Source of the DNA: Tubiluchus corallicola
Taxonomy: Eukaryota; Animalia; Priapulida
Assembly: GCA_030141605.1 (NCBI GenBank)
Contig: JAQGDQ010002018.1
Location: forward strand, 1-17,713
DNA length: 17,713 nt
Reading direction: 5' to 3'
Shown here in pieces: positions 1 to 9,300 of the stretch. The notes under the pieces are model-generated. The model was not told the origin of the DNA. It saw only the letters and a program-made list of their open reading frames with translations, and made no database searches. Within the stretch, counting starts at the first letter, position 1, and each line of letters opens with the position of its first letter. Both the position numbers and the translations under genes were made by a program.

Positions 1-160
1 CAGGTTTTAGTGCATCTTGTGTGATCAGGTTTTAGTGCATCTTGTGTGATCGTGTTTTAGTACTAATTTGTGACTTGTTATCATCTTGTGTGTAGTTTTA
101 GTGCTGATTTGTGATTTGTTACCATCTTGTGTGATCAGGTTTTAGTGCTGATTTGTGATA
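1..160. repeat. Degenerate minisatellite (caggttttagtgcatcttgtgtgat and longer variants), truncated by the window edge
   Basis: Two exact 25-bp units at 1-50, then diverged units sharing gttttagt and atcttgtgtg. Confidence 0.8.
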
Positions 161-287
161 CGAGAACTCCCCACCTTGGCAAACATTGATGTGAGAATTT
201 TGTGGTGTGATTCTCACATTGTTTTGAAGCGGATTTCTTTGCAGCCTTTTGTAATTACCCATTTTCTTGAGAGATCGGCGTTCAGTA

Positions 288-342
288 ATGTGTGTAGATT
301 TCTTCAGTCTTCAACCCGCTGAATGCTTTCAGTTCTGCTGCT
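288..342 (+). CDS. Candidate Cys-rich upstream coding exon (MCVDFFSLQPAECFQFCC); either an alternative first coding exon (acceptor at 244, ATG 288) or a 45-nt symmetric cassette (298-342)
   Basis: Strong donor ct/GTAAGT at 343, acceptor atttctttgcag ending at 244 and a weaker tag ending at 297. Its phase-1 end joins the phase-1 acceptor at 1803 in frame (T+GG=Trp, ...CCWFLSRTK). There is an in-frame stop at 252-254 upstream of the ATG. Confidence 0.5.
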
Positions 343-349
343 GTAAGTA

Positions 350-384
350 ACTAACCAAACCTAACCTAAGCTAACCTAACCTGA
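350..384. repeat. Short imperfect (CTAAC)n / (TTAGG)n-like pentamer tract
   Basis: actaaccaaacctaacctaagctaacctaacctgac. Confidence 0.7.
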
Positions 385-1802
385 CTTATCTAAGTGTACA
401 GATAAGTTAGTTGTGCAATGTAATACAGAGACATCTTTTGTCTGAAATTGTAAACTTCACACAACAGTTTCTGTAAGTCACGCATAGCTTAGTAATTTTT
501 GTCTTGTGTGATTAGCGTTATATAATTTTGTTTAAGCCCATAAATAAAACTGTAAGTACTTTTTTACTTTGTTGTTTTTTTGTTGATATCTTGTAAGCTT
601 TCTTTGTTTTGTTTGTGTACTAAAATGTTTGAAAATCTCCTCTTTTCATGGGTTTGGTTGGAGGTGCTTTTTTCAGTAAAAGAGTGTGTAAATATAATGC
701 ACTTCCTCTCACTTATTCACTAGTTAGATACTTCCTTGTTTTGCAGTTCGATTTACGCGGTTTTCCCTGTATACGTTATTTGATAGGACATTGTCTAACG
801 ACTTTCACTTTTATCCTGTAACTTTGTTTGAAGGAAAACTGATCGATTGATTAGACTTGGTCTCATTTTAATTTACTGTCCAAAATGTGCATTTTATTTG
901 TATAAAAGTGTAGCAATTGTTTCTTATATTTGAATGATTACCTTGGAAAGTTAATTAACGGCAACCGAACGCAGCTATCGCTTACGTCACAAACTAACCA
1001 TGTGCAGTTAGTGCAATGGTGGAGATCTCCGTTGCACTGTCAGGCACATTTGCGTAAGCGAAGATTCCTATCAGACGCTAGTGTGATGTCACGAAAATGT
1101 GCTCTGCGTCACACTGACGTCACAGACGACCACTGCAGTTGATGATTGTGCTTATCATGGTACAGCGTCTATTTATCGTCCATCCTTATGTGACAAAATG
1201 CCGCCATTGCCAATTTTAGTGACTGTGTTGAGTCACGCGTATTTTTGAAAGTTTAACAAAATGAAATATCCGACCTAATTATTATTTAATCTAAGCTTTC
1301 ATTTAAAAAAAGTTGTTGAAATTTTCAATATTTTAGAGCATTCTTTATTTTGTACTCATCTTTACACAATCGTACAGTTTTCCTTCAAGATTCGGACACC
1401 AACCTTCTTTAGTTTTCTCTTTACTTTGGCTCTTTAATTATTTCTTTTGTACATCTTAACTTTCTTTAACTAAGTTTACAATTGCTTAATTTGTAATGGT
1501 GAGTTTAATCACGTATTTTCTTTCAAATGTCTGTGTTAACTTGGAAACTTTTCAGCAAAACACGTGTAACAATAACTTGTGTGTTTCTTTCGAATTCGTC
1601 ACTAAACTTTAACCGTAATTTGTTTTGACTCTTTTCCCGTTTTTAACCGTTTTGTTTTAAGCAGTTTCAATTTCAATTAATTTTACTAAATTTAATTAAC
1701 TTTATCGTTTGACGTGTGGATTATTATTCGTTTTTATCGATGTTGTGTGAGAAACTTTGACCATTTCTGCCGGTTAGAATGTTCCGATGTCGGACTTTTT
1801 AG

Positions 1803-1942
1803 GGTTCCTATCGCGAACGAAAAACTCAAAGGAGAAGAAGAAGGAAAAGAAGAAAAAGAAACGCGGCGAGAAGGAGACGACCCCGGAGAACGATGAGAAA
1901 AAGCCGGATGGCGATAACAGCAGCGTTCTCACAGAACCGGAG
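1803..1942 (+). CDS. FCHO2: FCHO exon: polybasic segment ([46 protein letters not shown])
   Basis: Purine-rich coding composition and donor AG/GTAAGT at 1943 (phase 0). The 5' boundary is uncertain: acceptor tttttag at 1802 (phase 1), tag at 1777 (phase 0), or ATG at 1787. Confidence 0.8.
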
Positions 1943-4900
1943 GTAAGTATCTTCCTAAGTGTGAAGGAAGGCAGTGGACGGCTGAGTGGTCACGTGTGCA
2001 CACTTCGTGGCCAAAATTAAGCCACACCGAGGCTTGGATAGGATATTTGCTCTGCGTCGTTTTGTTCACCGTGCCAATTCTGGCTGTTTACTTCATAAAG
2101 GAAGCATGTATGTCAGTCGAATGTGCCTGCGTAGCACCTCGACTGGTTCAGTGACTCATGTTAGGGGGCTATGTTTTATAAGCATATGTTGCGAAACTTC
2201 TGCCATTTCTAGAAAACAATTCCGGGATGAACCTCAATATTTTTAATTACTAATAATGACAGCGTCAAGCGTCTTACATTAGTGAAAGAGAAACCGCTAT
2301 AGTTACGTGTTGGTAAGCAAAATATACAGGTGGTTTCAGGCAAACAGGAAGACATTCATCAGTAGAAATATGAATAAAACTCATAGACTGTTTAATTTAT
2401 ATGATTTAAGCAGTAATGATTTTTGTCTCTGGAACGTATCTCAATTCTTTTACATTACTTTGTATGGAAGTCTTGGCTTCATTTACATCGCATTTTGTTA
2501 ACCCTTTCATACCCGTTGTATCCCATGGGATACGAGAATATTTTCTGCCTTTAAAATTAATAAAATGTTAAAACTGACAGTTATTTGATCTGTTAATAGA
2601 TATTTTGATTTAAGCCAATAACAATAGACTAAAAATGGTGATAAAATGGCAAACTAGAAAGTCTACATAGCATAAAAAACTGCGCAAGGTACAGTACTTT
2701 AGAGACGACTTTGTACAGATCAGCATAGCGTGCATACTAAATGTCTTAAATACTTTAAAAAATTATCAGCAGTTGCAAAATGAAGCAAATTTTATGCTTC
2801 CATTGGATCACAATGAATCCCGTGGGATGCAGACTATATTTAGCACGCTGGCACAGGTAGAAAAAAATAATTATGTGTAAACAAGATGGATATACTAAAC
2901 AAAAGTACCAAGCCAAAAATTTTTTTCTTATTAGAAAAATAATTTGGGACTGAAAGGGTTAAGCGAGGACTTGGTACTTCATGCACTACAAGAAGAATGA
3001 AAACAAGACAGAATGTGTATAATAAATTATAAAATTGTAAATAAACTGATTATGGCAGATGGCTGGCCAGGTGATCAGAACATTCCAAATCAATGTTTAT
3101 AATATCATTGGATCTTCCGCTTGTATTTATAGAAGTTTCAATAAGCCTTTTCACATTAACAGCGATTGATGATGATCGTGAAGAGGTCAAAGGTTAAGTC
3201 TACCAGACTACGCATTTGTGTACACTTGACAACGCCTCACAACCCATGCTGTTGTAATAGTAGCAGTTTTAACAGTTAGCTAGAACCTTACCTAGTTCAT
3301 TTTTTCATGTTATCAAGAAAGTTCCTGCTAGTAAATCAGTCTATACGCAGACTAATGCATAACTAACTCCACGTAAAACAACTGAAGTTATTGAACTGAT
3401 GCGGCAGATGGCTTTGCTTTATCGACACATCACGTGACTGTTGTAGTTAAGACACGTTGCAATGCTGCACTTAACCTTTGACTTGCAGCAATGGTGCGTG
3501 CGCACCACGAAACTGTGAAAAGGCATATTGCTTACGTGCTTTTGGATTTTTCAGCAGAATGAGTTGGGTGGTCCGGAAGTGGACGATGAAGGATTCGTAA
3601 TCCGGCCGGAAGCACACAACAATTATATCCTTTTTTAAACTGCCAGCAGCTTATTCTTCTTCTACGGTGCTCTTTATTCGGCTAATTAGTGTTCCCACAT
3701 TCTGGGAAAATCCTGGACAATCCTTGAAAGTGCAGGCTATCCTGGAAACAATGAGTTCTTCATTCCATAGAACCTTCATTCTCTTTCTGAAAGAGGACCA
3801 ACATACCTCTGAATATTCTTGAGATGCTCCTAATATCATGTCTTACCTCAGAAGATTATCCCGGCTAGATTCCTGTCCTTCCCCACTGCCACCGTGAGTG
3901 GATTCTCTCGTGCAGTCTTTGGTCTTTCATGATGTATACCTTGGAAAGTTACAGATTTTATTTTTACCTTTGCTGGAGTTCCAGCAGCTCAAACGTTTAA
4001 TTCTCTTGAGATGTCAGTGGTTTAGTGTTCAGTGCAACTGTCGAGAGTGCAGAAGATACGAGTTCGAGTCCCAGTTTAGGACAAAATTTTTCAGTTTTTC
4101 TTTGTTTCAATTAGAATTTTAATTGCCACTTCTAGAAGTTTTCTCATTGTTATGCACTTGTATGCAATATGGGATATCTTTACGTTAGAAACTGCAATTG
4201 TAAAAAAAAATTATTGTAAAACTTGATTTATAATTTTTGGTTTTGTAGGAGCACTAGTTGTAGTAGTATCAAACTGGAAAATGTTAAAAATTGTTGCGGC
4301 TTCTCTTTTATAAAGGTGTCCCATATTGCTGTTAATAACAGACGAGAATTAAATTATTGTCCCAACAAACGGTTTCTGTCCTGATTAATTTTGTTTTAAA
4401 AATGATTACAATACAAAACCTAGACCTTTTGGTGTCGTGTTGTCTTTCTTGACCACCCTGTACATGATGGAGGCTGGAAATACAATTCCGGAAGCGAGAC
4501 TTCCGACAGCGACGAGGAAGAGCAGAAGAAGATCCAGGTGAAGATCAGGCCGTTGGGAAACACGCAGAACGTTTCCGCATCGGTGGACGAGCTTCGAGCG
4601 ACCATAGAGGGATTGTCTTTGTCACCTGTGGTATGTTAATGAACTACTTGTATCATTGACATTTTGTTTGACACATTCAGGACAGCACCATTCAAAATAT
4701 GTCTGATAAAGCCTATGATTTTTCTGCTACTGTATGAGCAGAGACATAACTAAATGATTACAAATTTGGTACTGTTCTACTGCATCATTCAAAATAGATC
4801 TTATAAGATCAATGACGCTTCTGCTACTGTATGAGCACAGACATAACTAAATGATTACAAATTAGGTACTGTTCTACTGCATCATTCAAAATAGGTCTTA

Positions 4901-6335
4901 TAAGATCAATGACGCTTCTGCTACTGTATGAGCACAGACATAACTAAATGATTACAAATTAGATACTGTTCTACTGCATCATTCAAAATAGGTCTCATAA
5001 GACCTATGACTTTTCTGCTACTGTATGAGCACAGACATAACTAAATGATTACAAATTAGGTACTGTTCTACTGCATCATTCAAAATAGGTCTCATAAGAC
5101 CTGTGACTTTTCTGCTACTGTATGAGCACAGACATAACTAAATGATTACAAATTAGGTACCGTTCTACTGCACCATTCAAAATAGGTCTTATAAGATCAA
5201 TGACTTTTCTGCTACTGTATGAGCACAGACATAACTAAATGATTACAAATTAGGTACTGTTCTACTGCATCATTCAAAATAGGTCTCATAAGACCTGTGA
5301 CTTTTCTGCTACTGTATGAGCACAGACATAACTAAATGATTACAAATTAGGTACCGTTCTACTGCATCATTCAAAATAGGTCTCATAAGACCTGTGACTT
5401 TTCTGCTACTGTATGAGCACAGACATAACTAAATGATTACAAATTAGGTACTGTTCTATTCAGGAGAATCTCGGCTATCCAATCATGCTATTTGTTTAAA
5501 CATTTATAAATGATTTAATTGGATAAAATTAAGAAAAACACACAACTACTGCAACTGTGCCGCCACATTATGTATAAGTACACGTATGAATGTCCATATA
5601 CAAAAATGTTTGAATACGTATACTGGCAATACAATTATCTTGGTCATTGAAAATCAATATTTGGTCAGGGAAAAGTCAGGGGAATTTATTTTGAAATTCT
5701 GTGGTAACCCTGATCATTTACTTTCCTTGTTATTAATTAGCCTTTGTACTTACAGGAACGGAAGAAGAATTACATTAGTGAAGCTACCATGAAAAGATCG
5801 CAGTCTTTGTCGGATCCGTTTGGGTGAGTCGATTAACAACATGTCAGTTAGCAATTTCGATATTTTTTATTTACTTTAAGTCTTCAATTGAGAATTTTAG
5901 CTCTCAAGTTCGGATACCTAGTTTAACCCTTTCCCCACGGGGCGCGGTAAGCTGCCACCTATACTTTTCGTGCAAGGTAAGGCGGTAGACTGCCGCCCGA
6001 GCTCAGCGATAAAGTGCAGTCACCCAGGTCTGTTTATTTCACTACTGCGGGCATGCAAAAACATTGTAGAAATGTTTAACAGCCGCGGGATTGGGGTTGC
6101 CTTGCAACAAATAATGCTAACCAGCCAATCAGCATCTGAAGCCAGGTGCATTCCATAATACTGTACTGTATGGTATGTTGTCATGCAAAATCACTTGTAG
6201 ATCGTTGATGAAACGTACGTTTAGTTGATTGTCCTGCATTCTTATAAAATGATTGCATATTATGGATTAGTATTGTGTCTTATGTGAAAACTGGTTTCAA
6301 AATATAAGTACATGCTTATTTATGAGGGTATGCAC

Positions 6336-6366
<31 letters not shown>

Positions 6367-9300
6367 TGTGTGCGTGCATGTGTGTGAGTGTGTGTGAGCA
6401 TGTGTGTGTGTGTGTGCGAGCATGCATGCATGTGTGTGAGTGTGTATGTGTGCATGTTTGTGTGTGTGTGTGTGTATGTGTGCGAGCACGCGTGCATGTG
6501 TGTGTGGTGTGTGCATGTGTAGAAATAAAACTAATATTTAATATTAGCACCGAATATCGACCAACTATTTGTTTATTTACAAGATTCTATTTTACTAACA
6601 CGCTACAAGAAGTTATTGTGAAATGTGCAAAAGTCAATGTGGCCCAGTTAAAAAGCAACTACGTAGTGAAAGGGTTACGTTTGAAACTCAAAATTAATTT
6701 AAACTGATGGCAACACATCTTTTAGGAAGCCCAGCAGCGACCTTCTAGATCTTGACTTCCGATCCCCGCCCACCTCGTCGCCGTCGTCGACGCCCACTGG
6801 AGGTCACGGCGGGGTCAGATCGCCGACGAGTTTCCACACGGCGTCTAGCGATCAGACGACGCCGGTTTCAAATCGTAAGTGAACGTAGCTTTAGTTGTCA
6901 TTGTGTGTCACGTAAGTTGTAAAAAGCGTTATCTTAACCAGATTTGAACCTGGGGTCTTTTGCTTAAAAGACAAATGCAGTAGAGAGCTTTCCGTTATAA
7001 ACCGTTCATGAAAAATGAGGCACAGTAGTAAATTTAAAATGAAATTTTTATTTTAAAACTTTCCTAGTTTTAGTACAACACGCTGAATATCTTACAGTAG
7101 CACTGTACTTCAATTTTCGCTTTCACAAACACGTGCAACACCCTCGTGTATTATTTTTGTTGTTGAAAATTATGTTAGTTTGTGACGTCATGAGTGATTG
7201 GGCTCGTCCGCCGTTAATTAAGTTTTTAATCCATTACTTGATTATCAGAAATGCTTTTGCAGTACTAATTGTGTTAAAATGTATACTTTTTATCCGACTT
7301 GAAATGGGGTAGTATGTGAAAAATCTTCCAGTCTTCCTGTCTAAATCTAATAATTGTTTAAGTTTTGTATGTACTCTCTGACTGGCTTCTCTCTCCGTGT
7401 TGGTTAAGTGCATTGAATCATCTTTCTACTCTTAGCTGCCGCTGGCCCATTCCCGGATGCCACGGATGAAGTTGAATTGAACAGTCTTCCGCCTCCACCG
7501 AGCAAAAGCATATCTGGGAGCAGCATAGCAATTCCTCGCCCTCCCAGTAGGACCAGGGACCGGCCGCGGGCCAACACGCCGGCAATGGTAAACGTGTGAT
7601 GTTATTTGTCGTGCTATTCTTTTGCAGTCATCGCCGACACCATTATCATCGTCGTCGTCGTTTTTTTGTGAAAGTGTGGAGCACGTGATTTCGTTAATTA
7701 AAGGAAAAGAGCACCCGTTTCTGACAACAGTTCAATATGATCAGTGGTGTAAATTTTTGAAAAGCAAAATATGTTTTTTTAAGGAAAACTTACATTAAAG
7801 AATCATTACCTTCCATTGTCTCAACCACTCCTAACTTTGACGAGTGGTTCTTGAAAACACACCGAGTAAAAAGTAGCCGCTGGTCAGCAAAGCACGCCAT
7901 CGTCGCAATGGTCGGATTGTCTCATGTCAGCCAGCACTAAACTTTAAATTTAAAATTTGGCATAATTGTTTTGTGTTTCACTGTCAATGTGGCACTACTG
8001 TTCTAGTGTAATGCAATCTTCATTTTTGCAAACATGTCCAAGGAAGATTTCTGCTCTTGCAAAATTGTAAACAACTGTGATGTTGTCCATGGCAGATTGC
8101 AAATTACAGATCTTATTTATTTATTTATACGTATTTATTTATATGTAAGAAACACTTATACTTAAAATAAAGCACAAGAAAACCCTTCGTAAACATAAAG
8201 CTTAAAAAATTCGTTTTGAAATTCTATATCACTTACGTACTGCCTTTTTGCGTGCAGGACTTCAATCGGCAATCGCGCTGTATAAAACACGTAAATTTAA
8301 ACTCCCGCGATGGCGGTTAGACGCAGCCATTTTCACGACAGGTCATTTGAAACAAGTTTAGATAACATTTTGTAAAGTTTGAAAAAATAATCAGAGCATT
8401 CGTAGCGCACACGTCACTAACTAAATAAAATTTAAAATTACTGTATCTTGTCAATAAGATTAAAAATACGTTTTTGGTTAGTGAGTGGTGCACCCTGGAG
8501 GGTGAGTCAGCGACATTTTACCAATTGGTGAAAGCATTTTAAATAATTAATAATTTTCTTTTCTAGTTACATAAGTCTTTCTAGCAGGTAAGCGAAAATC
8601 TAGGTAATATAGATTTGCAGGGAAAGTCTTTTGAGACATAATTTAACATTTCCTTTTCTTCCATTCACAAACATACTTCAGGTACCTCTTTTCTTGTCCT
8701 TTAAAGGCATATGCAGTGGCTTTGCACTTAAAACACAAGAAAACACTTTTCATAACTAAGACTTAAAAAGTCGTTTTGAAATTCTATGTTACCGACATGC
8801 TATCTTATTGCATACAGGGCTTGTGTTAGCAGTAACACTGTAAAAAATATTATTCAAATTTTGTTTTCTAATTACGTAAGCCTTCCGATCAGGTAAGCGT
8901 AATCCAAAGTACTAGAATTTTGTGTGTGAACTTTTTTACAGCATACACTCGCGTCTCAGTTTGCCGGACAAACGCGTGGAGACGTCGGTCCGAATTTGCC
9001 GATTGACGGTTTTTACCGATAATAGGATAATACTAGGATAAGTGCCGTGTATTAGACTCACGGTAATGTAGAGTCAATCGCCTAATTGTCTCAATAAACA
9101 TCTACTATGGGCGACTCCTGAAATACAAGCTACACACGTGTCATTACATGCTTTGTTACACTGATGTAACAATGTAAACAAAGTGACGGCCCGCCAACTA
9201 GTGGTCAGCTTGCTGTCCAGATTTTGTCCAATTTTTCCCATATCGAGGTCCGGCAAACCGTGATCTGAGCGTAGTATTTTAAAATAGCATTTCTTCCCCT

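Noticed and set aside
350-384. Telomere or taxonomic signal from (TTAGG)n-like repeats
   Set aside because: Only about 7 imperfect units, interstitial; too weak to indicate a telomere or assign a taxon.
3651-3900. Antisense 62-aa ORF, and a possible 42-nt U2-type exon (3852-3893) nested in the U12 intron
   Set aside because: No recognisable homology and stops in the adjoining frames. A U2 exon is incompatible with the flanking AT-AC sites unless both neighbouring conserved exons are skipped.
939-3951. 15-nt exact match taccttggaaagtta at 939-953 and 3937-3951
   Set aside because: No extension of homology on either side and no functional interpretation.
4420-4605. Minus-strand 61-aa ORF
   Set aside because: Antisense shadow of the real + strand exon 4464-4630.
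6297-6707. ORFs rich in VC/HT dipeptides
   Set aside because: Translations of the (TG)n microsatellite.
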